This document shows positions 1 to 11,676 of a DNA stretch of 38,245 nt, piece after piece. The DNA comes from Octopus sinensis (taxonomy: Eukaryota): positions 1 through 38,245 of the forward strand of contig NW_021835708.1 of NCBI RefSeq assembly GCF_006345805.1. Reading direction: 5' to 3'. Below the pieces are notes generated by a model. The model was not told the origin of the DNA. It did not search any database and saw only the letters and a list, made by a program, of their open reading frames with translations. How positions within the stretch are numbered: the stretch's first letter is position 1; every line of letters begins with the position of its first letter. The position numbers and the translations under genes are program-made.

Positions 1-613
1 AAAAGGACGTAAAAATTACAGACTTGACAATTTCGAATTACTTTTCTGATTATGTCATTCTTTACAGTAAAGTACCTTTGTCGACACTGATATTCAATTT
101 TATTCACTCCTCCGTGAGAATACTTGTGCGATGTTTTTGCAACAAGCTTCATATCAGATTCAGTGTCCAGGGTAATGACTAACTTGGGATCAGAGGATTT
201 AAGATACAATCTGAAACTTATTACGCATTCAAAATACCTTTCATTTATCATAGTACAATTCTCTATTTTTTTGGCAAGCCTATATTTTTTGTGCCTCGAG
301 AAATTTTCGGGAAATTTACCAGCCAACACATCCTTTAAAATCTCATATTCGATAATTTTTTATACAAAACCCTTGGAAGAACTCATTACAACAAGATTAA
401 ACAATAAAAAACACGCTAGAAATGTAGGTTTTCCAGGTTAAAAAATTAAAATCTTAATAATTGTAACATTAATAAATTAAGATAATTTAACATGTTTGAA
501 ATCGATTAATTTAATATATTTTTGTTACTATACAAAAATTAAATTTCTGCTAATCAAAGAATTCTAATTTGACAGTTTCAATGTAAAAAAATGTAACGCG
601 CGATTATGTCACA
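1..613 (-). mobile_element. 5' part of a Ginger-like DNA transposon (retroviral-type integrase), running off the left edge of the window
   Basis: The minus-strand frame from ~386 to 1 reads MSSSKGFV*KIIEYEILKDVLAGKFPENFSRHKKYRL...HKYSHGGVNKIEYQCRQRYFTVKNDIIRKVIRNCQVC, an HHCC integrase zinc-binding motif with one premature stop. There is a candidate in-frame 27-nt GT-AG intron at ~211-237. A 5'-TGTGACA terminus at 613 abuts the satellite. Confidence 0.65.
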
Positions 614-641
614 TATTATGCAATTTGGGGAGGCTTATATA
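614..641 (+). repeat. Partial monomer of the ~75-bp satellite (left flank of Tc1-A)
   Basis: tattatgcaatttggggaggcttatata matches the monomer seen at 12746-13312. It joins in register to 8702 once Tc1-A is removed. Confidence 0.7.
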
Positions 642-855
642 CAGTAAATTAAAATAAAAAACGAACACTACATTTTTCCTAAAATTTTTAAGAAACGAAT
701 TTAAAAAAAATATCTAAATAGAATTTTAACAATATATAAACAACTAGCTCGGCAGCTCGCTTCGCTCACCGCGACCTAGCTCCTGCGGAGGGCCTGTTTC
801 ATCAAACAACTATAAGTTTATGTAGATGTATAAAACTACCTGGTTTAATGTAACC

Positions 856-1505
856 CTATTCTATCGCCTGTTGATAAACGATGTTTGTCGTCCGTCCTTC
901 CTTGGCATATATGAATAAATTTTCTCTTCTGACTACCCTCGAGCATCCCACATACAGCTGTCCATGTGAAAAGCACTCACTCTCTAAAAATAACCCAACT
1001 ACCTTTAATGACTGTCCCTGGGCCTTGTTTATTGTCATTGCAAAACTCATCCTCAAAGGAAATTGCAGCCTTTTAAATCTAAATGGTAATTCATCAGAAA
1101 TTATCGGAATTCGTGGAATATAAACATCCTCACCTCTATACTTGCCTGTTAATATCGTCGCCTCTATTACGTTAGCCATCAAATTTTTGGTAACTAACCT
1201 CGTTCCGTTGTATAATTTAGGTGGCGCAAGATTTCGTAATAAAACCACTGGAACGCCTATCTTTAATTTTAAAAGATGATTCGGCATTCCAGAGGGATCT
1301 AAGGGTTTTAAAAATTCAACGGATATTCGCAGGCTCTTTCATGGTCCATAATAACGTCCACCGATTTATATATTTTTCTTCTCCAGGGATTTTGATTAAT
1401 AAATCTAAATTTATATTAAGTACCTCATCATTTAGCGGAGCTAATATAGCTCGTTCACGAAGCCAGTCGAAATTCCTGTAGTGTTCTGATAGTTCAGAAT
1501 ATAAA
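856..1505 (-). pseudogene. C-terminal PIF1-like helicase fragment of Helitron RepHel, frameshifted
   Basis: DWLRERAILAPLN (1316-1519 ORF), then after two frameshifts PSGMPNHLLKLKIGVPVVLLRNL...NGTRL...FPLRMSFAMTINKAQGQSL...FSHGQLYVGCSRV (856-1287 ORF). Confidence 0.9.
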
Positions 1506-2300
1506 AATAAAAAAAACAAATAAAAATAAATAATTTAAAAACAAAAAAATAAAAAAAACAAAAAAAAACTTTAAAAATTTGTAAAATAGTATAAACAAAA
1601 AAAATCTCTGCCTGTCTAATTTTTTTAACAGCCAATTAAGATAATGCTTAGGAGCCTTTATAGTCCGCAGATTTAGCTTAGTGACCTTGATTAGACAAAC
1701 CACTGGCGGAAATGGGGCAGGCGCAGATGCGGCAAGCAGAGTAGCAGCAGCCAAAAAAGCGACACACAAAAAAGATTTACCTTAAGCTGACCGTTTTTTC
1801 TTCAGCTTCGTTTTTCCTCCTTCGGTTATCTATTTAAAAAATTATTTTTGAATAATAAAAAATATTAGGAAAAAAGAGGCATACAGAAAATAAATTCTAT
1901 CTTTACGAAAAACTTCTTTTCTTAAGGTCGTCTTCCCTCCTTCAATTAACAGATTACGAAAAACTTAACTAAATAGTTTATATTTTTACGCAAATTCTTC
2001 TGATTGCGCTGTCAATTGGTGGTAAATTGTGTTAATGATTGTCCTAATGTGGTTTCAACTATCAAAGTGTTTTTCACACTCTATTCAAGGTCGTGCAATT
2101 GCACATTCTGTCAAAGTCAAATATGATAATAGCTTTAATTTTGATTCATGGTCGATAATGATATATGCATTTAATTTTAAAGAGAAAATCATAGGATGAA
2201 TTGAATTTCTTTATCGCGAATAATTGGGAGTTCATCATTGTTAATATTCTCGCTGTCGTTTTCATCAAGGATATTCTTAATACGTGAGATTTTTGCCTCG

Positions 2301-2627
2301 AAGGTTTTAATGGACCTCATCATGTAAGTCGAGGACATCGTAGTTGTTCATTTTAAACCAAATGCAGAAAATTTTTTTTAATTTTTTTTTGGGGGGAAGG
2401 TTTTAAGGACCTCATCATGTAAGTCGAGGACATCGTAGTTGTTCATTATAACCAAAATGCAGAAAATTTTTTTTAATTTTTTTTTGGGGGGAAGGTTTTA
2501 AGGACCTCATCATGTAAGTCGAGGACATCGTAGTTGTTCATTTTAACCAAAATGCAGAAAATTTTTTTTAATTTTTTTTGGTGGGAAGGTTTTAAGGACC
2601 TCATCATGTAAGTCGAGGACATCGTAG
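2301..2627. repeat. ~95-bp tandem repeat (about 3.4 copies) inside the Helitron
   Basis: aaggttttaaggacctcatcatgtaagtcgaggacatcgtag... starts at 2301, 2397, 2492 and 2586. Confidence 0.9.
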
Positions 2628-2744
2628 GGTGGAAGATTCTTGGAGGAGTTCATGATTTTAAGCTTGTTCCCCATTATTGGCTAATTATAAGGGGGAAAGA
2701 TTTTGACAATTTATCTGTACTTTGCCAATTTGAAGTTGGTGTGC

Positions 2745-2771
2745 ACACACAGACAGACAGACAGACACACA
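2745..2771. repeat. (CA)/(CAGA)n microsatellite near the Helitron 5' end
   Basis: cacacacagacagacagacagacacac. A 5'-subterminal microsatellite is common in animal Helitrons. Confidence 0.8.
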
Positions 2772-2897
2772 CCGTACCATTTTATTATTAAGATAACTAA
2801 TATTTTTATTTTTGCAAAAAAAATATATTTATCGCATTTTTACGGCAAAAGTATAATCTGAACAAAAATAAAAAACGAACAAAATTTTATTTACAAA

Positions 2898-3243
2898 TTA
2901 AAATTTAGTATGCCCACCACGTGTCGCAATTACAGACAATATTCGTTCACTCATAGTTCCTACTAATGATTTTGCATAATCCACTCCTATCTCATTCCAA
3001 ATTTTTTGTAATTCTTCAAAAAGTTCCTCTTTTTTGGAATACGGTTTCCCCCTTATTTTTGTTTTCATATAGCTCCATACGTGTTCAATGGGGTTAAGAT
3101 CCGGGCTTTGCGCTGGCCAAGGTAGCAATTCGATATTATTAGTCTCAAAGAATATTTTTGCAAGCACACATGTGTGTTTTGGGTCGTTGTCCTGTTGAAA
3201 AATTGGATCAATAATCCTAATTTTTTCCAGAAATGGCAACAAA
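2898..3243 (-). pseudogene. Tc1-A transposase, C-terminal half of the DDE domain
   Basis: FQQDNDPKH...WPAQSPDLNPIEHVW with 34 residues between D and E; ends RGGHTKF. Confidence 0.9.
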
Positions 3244-3314
3244 TTTTTTTTTTTTTTTAAATTTATTTCACAATTTTTAACGAAGCTAGGTTAGTTTAAT
3301 TATATTATAAATCG

Positions 3315-5894
3315 TCACGCTCCGGCAGCCAGTATCGCGTGCGTGTTGCCACGAAGAACTGCAATTCCGATACGTTGGCGAAGCCAATACCCCTCGCGAC
3401 TGTCCCTCCTTCGTTTAGCCAGCATCGCCCCAATTTCCTTGAGAAATTCCGCGGTTTTGGATCCCACTACACCAGACGTCTCTATCGAGATTGGGACAAA
3501 ACGGAAAAGTTTTCCGATCTCCAAATACTTAGAAATCTTCGCCTTTTCCGCTGCATTAGCAGCCCAACCGGGCGAATGAATATTCCGAAGAATCATGGAC
3601 TGGGAGAACGTGTCTACGCACGTCGCATCCCATGCGAGTGATTTTCCCTGGGAGTACGGGAAAAGAGTTATCCCATCGGGCCTTCTGCCATCTCCCCGGT
3701 CAAGCCCGATGGGTTCCAGGTGTGCTGGAAATCCTGCGCTCTCGAGGGCCCGTCGTATTATGTCGTTGAGTGCGGCATGGCGGGGAGCGCGACCTGCACT
3801 CCTCTTGCAAGACAAAGGGTGTAGTCCTTTCGAATCGACTATTCCTCCACACCGGCATCTGTGTTCCTGACAGACGTCAAGACCCAAGCGTTGTGCAACA
3901 CCGATTCTCACACAATCGTCGTCCATAAGCGTACCGAATGAACTGCATGGAAATGCGTGGAGCCATGCACCACTCCCGTGCTGTGCCCCGGATAGCAAAC
4001 AGACGAGCCGGTGTTGGTTCAACTCCCGCTTCAGGTCATCAACGACAGCCTTGCATGATATTGCGTCCCAACAATTCTGTCTCGAGACATCATCTGGGAT
4101 TGAAAGTCCGGCTTCCTTCCATTGCAAGCAAGCCTTGTCAAATACTGTGTCCAAGGAGAGTCCAGTAGTGTTACGTAGGACTTACTGGACGAGATGACTA
4201 CACTTTGAAAGCGATGACAGATATGTCGGGAGTGCAAGTCCAGCGCCGACCTGAGACTTGTGCCTCCGGCGTTTGTAGAAAACTTGCACTGATTCCAACC
4301 AGGTTCGTCAAAGTGGATGTTCAAGAGCACTTCAGCTGAATTTTTCAGTCCTATCCAGTGACTGTAGGATGTCCCGATGTTCCAAGCAGGAGAACAACGG
4401 AGAGCGTATTGGAGTTTAGGCAAGTCAATGCTATTTTTCAAAAGAAAGAATGCATATGAGCATTGAGTAAGGAGAGTTTCTCCGTAACTCTAGAAAGGCC
4501 CTTGTTTTTTTCCAGCAGATGGCACCGCAGTTCCTTTTCGCCAAGTGGGCACCCAAGAAAGTATGCCCTCTCCCGAGGTAAGACAGTAATCCCAGGTAAT
4601 ATCGATTGGAAAGACTTGACCACGTTGATAAAATCACTTTCCGAGTATGTGATATTTATCAGCTCCGATTTCTTTATATTTATATCCAGTCCGAGTTTTC
4701 GTAGTACAGGCACGGCTTGTGACAGAACGTCAAAAACTTTTCCCCACGGCCCTCCAATCGTGGCATCATCAAGATACCAGAGGTTCAGTTCCGCGCTGAT
4801 AGAACGTACAGTTTCGTCGATTGCCAACGCAAAGAGAAGTGGACCAAGCGGGTCCCCTTGCTGGACTCCAGTCTCCGAATAGATAATCTTGTCCGCAAAG
4901 ACGAGTGAAGACTTGGTTCCGTAGGCCAGGTAGACGAGTGGAATGAGTTCCGGGGCTCGTTTGCTTACAGTCTCGAAAATTTGATCCCTCCGCAGTGAAT
5001 TAAAGGCATTGCAGATGTCAAGCTTGACTCCCATTTTTGGATTTTGTTCGTTTTTCTGTGTGAAAAAGCACCTTGCGGCATGCACCGCCGCCTCACATCC
5101 GTTCTTTACCCCAACTCCGAGTTGGAAGGGGGAGAATTCTTCAGATATTCTCGGACAGACAAGACTGCATGCAATTTTAGCTGTTAGCCTTCTGAAGTAG
5201 TTCCCGACCGCGATAGGGCGGGCCCCACCTTCGGGTTTTTTGAAGCCAAGTAGATGTGCGCTGAAAAGAAGCTCCCTTGCGAGAGGAGGGATATCCCCGT
5301 TCAAAATGCGCATAACCAGTCTTGTGATTGATTTGACAAGGTTGCGGCCCGCCTCCGCAGTAGCCCCAGCCGTGAGATCCTTGATGTGACCTGGTCGTAA
5401 GCCATCGAGACCTCCACTGCTGCTCGCCGCGAACGACGAAATGCTGCGCCGCACTTCGCCTTCAGTAACAGTTGTCCTTGGCATATCTCCCGGGAGCACG
5501 AATGGGCGGTAATCTTCCGGCGGACATGGATGTTTTCGTCTGATCTGCTCGAGGACTTCAGGTGTTGGAGCCAAAACGGTATCGTCGCTGGAAACGACCC
5601 GCAACGCCGCCCGGACGTCGCCTTCAAGAAGTTTACGATTTACTCTCTCTCCGAGTGTATCTGGGCAATTCCGAAAGAGCGTATGATCGGCGTCCGGATG
5701 TTTTGCTTTGGAAAATTCCGTTTTGTTAATAGATCGTGATTGGAAATCGTGGATATTTTTCTTCATTTTTGAGGAGAGTGAGTTTCCATGCATGGAACTT
5801 TCTCTAGTGTTCCGATGTGGCTCCTTTGACTCAGTGTAAGGTATGCCAAGTGCAAGCGGGGCGAAACCGAAGAGTTTGAGCCAGGCCTCTTGGT
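3315..5894 (-). pseudogene. RT-CCHC-RLE ORF of the CRE-like element, frameshifted between ~4150 and ~4440
   Basis: ORFs 4438-5793, 4031-4441 (in part) and 3315-4154 are collinear with the intact 1004-aa ORF at 24725-27739. Confidence 0.88.
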
Positions 5895-8186
5895 CAGTGT
5901 TCCCTCTAAGCTGCGCGCGTGCGCGGCCGCGCAGCAGTTTGCACCTTGCTGCGCAGCGAAATTTTTTTCTGCGCAGTAGAAAGTATAATATTAAAAATTG
6001 CTATTTTTTTTAATTTTTTATATGAATTTATATATTCTTATTTTCATTTCAAAACGAAAACGTGTCTATAATATTGATATGAGACTTAAGAAAAATTCTC
6101 CTTCTTTTAAGCCGGAATGGTTGATAGAGTACGTCGAAACCTTAACACCAGATTCAAAAATTCCCAACATGTGCAACTGGGTGATATTTTTAGTTTTTCC
6201 GAAGACTGCGGAGTTGTTTGTAAAATATGTGGCGACGCTAAAGCGACTTGTGATTTTGCGAGTGGAAAAACCTGGGATATATGGAAATTGGATTATCTGA
6301 AGAGACATATTACCCATAAAATTCATTCAGATTCAATAATAAAATTAAGAAGAATTCGAGCAGGAACTGGAATCAGCTGCTTGCTCACAGAGTCTAAGGA
6401 TGACCGACAGATGAGATTCAAAATGAGTGATCGTGCACGAAGTAAAATTGAAAAAGTGAAAATTCTCATTGACAATGTTATTTTGGCTCTCTCCATGAAT
6501 GCTTCATTACTTTCTGTTATGAATATACATGATCATATGGCAAAATATGTAGAACTTCCTGATAGCTGGCGAAGTAAAAATTATGCATTTGAGTTTGTTG
6601 AATGCATCGACTACGTGGTCAAAGAGATATGTATGCAGGAAAATAGAGAGTCTCGGTTCCATACACTCATTGTGGACGAAAGCACAGATATATCCGTAAC
6701 CAAAATGCTTATTATATATATTAAATATCGTCCTACGGGGACAAATTATCACAAAACAGTTTTTGCTAGCATAATGAAACTTACAAGTTGTGACAGTAAA
6801 TCTATTTTATTGCAATCAAGAAATTCTACATGACAAACAATCTTGATTTTCAAAGATGGTAATGTTTACATCAGATGGGGCATCCGTTATGCTAGGGAGA
6901 AGAAATGGCGTGGCATCACTGATCCGTGCTGAGGTTCCTCATCTTACTGAACAACATTGCGTCGTTCACAGACAAGATCTAGGGATCGATGATGCATGGA
7001 AAAAAAATAATCTTGTGAAAAATATTGAAATATTACTCCGGACTGTTTATACTGTTTTCAGTCGATCAAGTATAAAAAAAGCTGCATTTCAGGACCTGGC
7101 TAATGTTGTTGTTGAAGATGTCGTTTCATTTAAGCCACTAAATGAAGTGAGATGGATGTCTCGGCATTTTGCTGTTAAAGCTTTGATAAAAAACTACACA
7201 ATTTTAATTGAATATTTCAAGAAACAGGTTGAAGATGATAATGATCCGATTGCAAAATATTGCTTAAAACAACTTCAAAATCCTCTTATTCATGTTGCTT
7301 TAACTGTCTTAAATGAAATTTTGGCTGAATTAGCAGATTTGTGCACAGTTTTACAAAGAAGCTGTATATCGACCATAGAAGCTGTACAGTTTGCCAGAGC
7401 AAAAATTTCGAAGCTGAAATCTCAATATTTGGATGGAAATGAAATTACTGGAGTGACAGTGTGAAGATGTTGTTATCAACAACTGGTTATGGAGATATAA
7501 ATACAGATGAAATCCTATGCTTTATCGAGCATGTTTATCTGCATTTACAAGAAAGATTTCCAGCTGACGAATTAAGAGAATGGGTAGCATTTGACACTCA
7601 AGCAATTCAAAATCAGACACAACTTTGAATTTGGAAAAGAAAAGATAATTAAATTAGCGAAAAAATATAAAATTTACTCTCTTCAGAAGTCCCACTCATA
7701 AAACTGCAGTCGGAATATACAGATCTCAAGTTTATTTTAAAAGAAAACTGCACTCTGGTGCTTTGAAAACATTTGAAGATGTAATTTACTATATACTAGC
7801 GGAGAAAAAAATTTCAGCCACTGCAACATTTGTGGATATTTGTGGCACATTTCAAGCGTCGAGTGCTGATGCTGAACGTGGATTTAGTTTGATGAACTGT
7901 ATCAAAACTAAACTACGTAATAGACTTGAGATTGACCATTTGGAGATGATCATGCGAATAAGTTCTATTTAACAAGTGGGAATACAGTGGATCTTGATCG
8001 AGTATACAAATTTGGATACAAAATAAAACAGAAGAGAATATCCATTGACTAGACCTATTTTTTAACCATTGGTTTTTTAATTGTAAAATTTCCCCCCCAA
8101 AAATTTTTTGCACACGTCACTTTATAACGCTGCACAATGCAATGTGCCCAGCGCGCATAGCTACCACTCGCTTAGAGGGAACACTG
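5895..8186 (+). mobile_element. Near full-length hAT DNA transposon (ZNF862-like transposase)
   Basis: Perfect 17-bp TIR CAGTGTTCCCTCTAAGC (5895-5911 / 8170-8186) and perfect 8-bp TSD CTCTTGGT (5887-5894 / 8187-8194). Confidence 0.95.
6078..8049 (+). pseudogene. hAT transposase, frameshifted
   Basis: CKIC zinc-finger part, TLIVDESTDIS, FTSDGASVMLG, HCVVHRQDL, EVRWMSR and SSADAERGFSLMN, spread across ORFs 6117-6833, 6856-7464 and 7763-7972. End coordinates are approximate. Confidence 0.88.
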
Positions 8187-8202
8187 CTCTTGGTCGTTTG
8201 CT

Positions 8203-8604
8203 GTTTGCCAAAATGTTAATGATCCATTCATTATTTTTTTATCCAAACCAGATTACTAAAATATTCAGACGTAAATGCACCCCATATCATCACACTTCCT
8301 TTTCCAAATTTTACGGTTTCAGTAATATTACGTGAAACAAACTTTTCGGATTGTTGTCCATACAAATCTTCGTCCGTCGTTGTTTACTAAGTTGAATTTG
8401 CATTCGTCGCTGAATATAACGTGATTCCAATAAGTAGATGGTAGCATATTCCATCTTTGACAGATTTCCATTCTTTGTTCTTTGTGTTTTTTAGTAAGAT
8501 GTGGTCTTTTAGTAGGCGGAAATGCTTTGAAACCTCTTTGTTTTAGTGTATTTCTGATTGTTTCAGGTGTTACATTTTTCCCAGTTTCTTCTTTCAGTGC
8601 CTTC
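8203..8604 (-). pseudogene. Tc1-A transposase, N-terminal/middle part (extreme N-terminus and inner TIR deleted)
   Basis: The minus strand reads ETIRNTLKQRGFKAFPPTKRPHLTKKHKEQRMEIC...WNHVIFSDECKFNL...TVKFGKGSVMIWGAF...INILAN, which continues as NLLPFL at 3243. Confidence 0.85.
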
Positions 8605-8699
8605 GCATATTGTTAAAATTCTATTTAGATATTGTTTTTGATTCGTTTTTTGGAAATTTTAGAAAAAATGTAGTGTTCGTTTTTTATTTTGGTTTACTG

Positions 8700-8923
8700 T
8701 ATGTAAGGGTCTTAGAGTATTTTAGATTATGTATTGAATTTCGTAATATATTATCCAATTTGGAAGGTCCCTAGATGTGAGGATATGGAGGTACTTGAGA
8801 TTATGAAATAAATTGAGTAATATATTAAGCAATTTAGAGAGGTTCGTAAATGTAAGGATTTGGGGGTACTTGAGATTATGTAATAATCTGGATAACATGT
8901 TATTTAATTTGGGGACGCTTATA
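8700..8923 (+). repeat. Three monomers of the ~75-bp satellite between Tc1-A and Tc1-B
   Basis: tgt(g/a)agg...gagattatg...aatatatt...caattt...gg units start at 8702, 8776 and 8851. Confidence 0.9.
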
Positions 8924-8956
8924 CAGTGCCTGACAAAAAAAAATGGATTTGTAATA

Positions 8957-10243
8957 TTATTATTATTATTTGCAACATACGTAGAATCATATTAGTTATA
9001 ATTTTACTCGTGCAGCATTAAAAACAATCCTTTGAACCAGCCTCCTCCAACCTCCTCTGTCGTGAGCGAGTTTCCTCAGCTCGTCCAGATCCTCACCACT
9101 CCTTAGCCTTTTCTTCACACATTTCAGGTCTCCGTCAAGTGTTTCCGGCAGCGTAACACGTGGACGTCCACGGAAGCTCGATCCCTCTTTCAGGAAGTAG
9201 CCCTCCATTGCTATGTTAGCTGGGGCAAGCATGTCCATTCGTAGAATATGGCCAAATAACCTCCACCGCATATTAACGATTTCCACACTCAGAGGGCCAG
9301 TTCTGCATCTATTGTATAGCGATTCCTGGTTGATTCTTATAGGCCAGTTCAATCCCAGTAGGGATCTAAGTTGCCTGCGGTGAAAAGAATCGAGTCCACG
9401 TTCTTGCTAAACACCTTACGGAAACTTTTGGGATTAGTTACACTGAACCGAATAAGAGAACAAGTGGACAACTATCTATCCCCGAGTCATAGTGGATTTA
9501 GGACAGGAAGATCCACCGCCGATGCTGTTTGGGCCCACAAGTGGTACTGCGCTATCACCCAGAGATACAAAAGTGCAACAACAGTCCTGGGAATAGACCT
9601 GTCTAGGGCCTTTGACACGGTACGCCGTGGTCTACTCCTCAAAATACTGGAACAATTCCTGGACCCTGACTCTGTCAATATGATAAGAGTACTACTATCG
9701 AACACAAAGCTCAAGGTGCGGGTCGGCACGGCGTTTTCCCGTGAATTCACGTGCAACGTCGGTACCCCTCAGGGAGACGCCCTCTCGCCGTTGCTATTCG
9801 TGATCTATCTGGAGACGGCACTACGAGACCTTCGAAAATTCTATGCTGGCAATATCGTCGAAATTGTATATGCAGATGACGTCGACTTCGTGTCAGACGA
9901 CAAATCGGCCTTACTTCGACTCCTTGAAGTGGCACCTGCTGAGCTGAACAGATGGTCCTTAAAATGAACGTTGGAAAAACCGACATCGTTGAAATCATGA
10001 GGATGGAGAGCAGCTCAAGTGAAGCCTGGCGCAAAACGAACAACTCGGTTCTCTACTTGGGGACGGCCATGATATTGTCAGAAGAAAGGCTCTCGCTTGG
10101 GCCACGATGAACAAGATAAAGAAAGAGTGGATCGGCAAACGACGACTCTGTACGTCACTTCGTCTGAGGATGTATGAAGCCTTTGTCAAACCAATCCTGA
10201 CATATAATTCGGCGACCTGGGGAATGTCTAGTACTGAACAACG
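8957..10243 (-). mobile_element. 5'-truncated, 5'-inverted RTE-like LINE
   Basis: 13-bp TSD TGGATTTGTAATA (8944-8956 / 10244-10256) and (TAA)n tail at 8957-8970. The 3' part is on the minus strand (8996-9402: RWRLFGHILRM...RGRP...LAHDRGGWRRLV). The RT core is on the plus strand (9403-10243: DLSRAFD, GTPQGDALSP, YADD). Confidence 0.9.
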
Positions 10244-10315
10244 TGGATTTGTAATAAATCGACTTTTTTTAAATAAATTATAATTTAATTTTCTTACATT
10301 ATTCTTGGTAAAATT

Positions 10316-10522
10316 TTTTCAAGAGTTCAATCAATTTACTTAAACAACGAAAATCGTTAGGTCCCAGCGGCAAGGACGCAGTGTGCATTGCCCCGAACAA
10401 TGGCCAGACCGATGCGCTGGCGGAACCAGAGGCCCTCTCTCGTGTCCTTGAGCCTCCTCCCAATGGACTGCCCGACCTCGTTGAGGAACGAGTCAGTCTC
10501 CTTTCCCGCAGCTCCAGCGGTC
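10316..10522 (-). mobile_element. 207-bp 3'-terminal stub of a CRE-like retrotransposon
   Basis: 13-bp TSD TCTTGGTAAAATT (10303-10315 / 10523-10535). The minus strand encodes ETAGAAGKETDSFLNEVG...REGLWFRQRIGLAIVRGNAHCVLAAGT*, followed by a short A tail. Confidence 0.9.
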
Positions 10523-10656
10523 TCTTGGTAAAATTAGAATTATTTTGTAAATTTTTAAAATTATTTTTGGGTTTTAGAATTTAATTTTAAAGCAGAATTT
10601 AAAATTTGCCGGACAAAAAAAATGGATTTTTTTATTTTAATGAAACAAATTAAAAT

Positions 10657-11475
10657 TTAATAAGTTGATATCCCTTCACGTGCTTCATAAACTTCCAAAC
10701 CTCTTTTTTTCATTGAAATAACTAAATTTTCTAGGTATTTTTTCGGTATTGACTCCCATATCACAACTAATTTTGTCTCCAAATCTTTCACGTTTTTCGG
10801 CGGTTTTTGCAATAATTTTCTCTTCATAATTGCCCAAACATGCTAAATTGGATTAAGGTCAGGTGATTGAGACTGCCAATCAATAATTTTATATTTTCTA
10901 TCGTATATAAATTCTTTAACTACTCGAGAACTGTGGCATGGAGCATTATCTTGTTGAAAAATAAATGAGTTTAACCCCATTTTAGAGCTGATTGTTTCAG
11001 ATTATTCGACAAAATGTTTAAATAATAAGCACTGTTCATTTTTCCATTTATAATAACAAGATTTCTGACGTCTTCATATGAGAAACATCCCCAAACCATT
11101 AACTTTCCTCCACCATACTTTACAGTAGGTACGATATTGGATTTTAATAGGCAGTACCGTTTTTTTGATGTTATAGATCCTTATTTTGCTGTTATAAACC
11201 TCAAAACATGACTCATCGGAGAAGATGACTTTCTTCCATTCTTCGTCAGATATGGCTAAAAACTTTTTCGCAATTAACCATCTGGATTCGATGTTTTTTA
11301 AGTTAAAAGAGGTTTGTGTTTTGCAACTCGGGCATGTAATCCAAATGAATTTAGTATTCGACCAATGTTCTGGGAGATACGTCCACATTCAACTGAGTTT
11401 TTTGTTATTTCAGAAAAAGACACAGCAGAAATTGAGGGTTCATCTCTCAAGATTAATTGTATTGTATTGTTTCAT
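10657..11475 (-). pseudogene. Tc1-B transposase, degraded
   Basis: WKKVIFSDESCF, TVKYGGGKLMVWGCF, FIFQQDNAPCH, QSPDLNPI*HVW. The catalytic E codon is mutated to a stop and there are frameshifts. Confidence 0.88.
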
Positions 11476-11676
11476 CAAAAATCAGATAAATGGAATTTTG
11501 AATTACGCTTTATTTATACGAAAATCCAATTTTTTTTGTCCGGCAAATTTTAAATTCTGCTTTAAAATTAAATTCTAAAAGCCAAAAATAATTTTAAAAA
11601 TTAAAAAAATAATTCTAATTTTACCAAGAATGATGTAAGAAAATTAATATAATTTATTTTTAAAAAAGTCGATTTA

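Larger units (their letters stand above)
744..2793 (-). mobile_element. Non-autonomous, internally deleted Helitron
   Basis: On the minus strand it starts A|TC (TCttaataataaaatggtacggtgtgtgtctgtctg, 2793) and ends CTAG|T (744). A GC-rich subterminal segment (gagcgaagcgagc) precedes the CTAG. It is inserted at an AT dinucleotide with no TSD and carries a PIF1 helicase fragment. Confidence 0.9.
3244..8202 (-). mobile_element. 5'-truncated CRE-like (RLE) non-LTR retrotransposon inserted in the Tc1-A transposase and interrupted by a hAT
   Basis: Minus-strand poly(A)15 at 3244-3258 preceded by AATAAA. RT ORF 4438-5793 (GVQQGDPLGP, WYLDD). CCHC knuckle and RPDG...WDATC nuclease motifs in ORF 3315-4154. 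The frame continues across the hAT site as TANDQE|AWLKLFGFAPLALGIP. Confidence 0.9.
642..8699 (-). mobile_element. Tc1-A: Tc1-family (DD34E) DNA transposon with long IR/DR-type TIRs, carrying nested Helitron, CRE and hAT insertions
   Basis: TA|CAGTAAATTAAAATAAAAAACGAACACTAC at 642 and its reverse complement ending at 8699|TA, with about 95 bp alignable. An inner direct repeat (aaaataaaaaacgaac) lies at ~2865-2880. Transposase halves are at 8203-8604 and 2898-3243. Confidence 0.9.

Noticed and set aside
1494-1830. Captured host gene or signal-peptide ORF inside the Helitron
   Set aside because: The hydrophobic ORF arises largely from low-complexity T-rich sequence and has no recognisable homology; a database search would be needed.
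2301-2627. CRISPR-like or ncRNA repeat
   Set aside because: Near-identical head-to-tail 95-bp units inside a Helitron, with no spacers.
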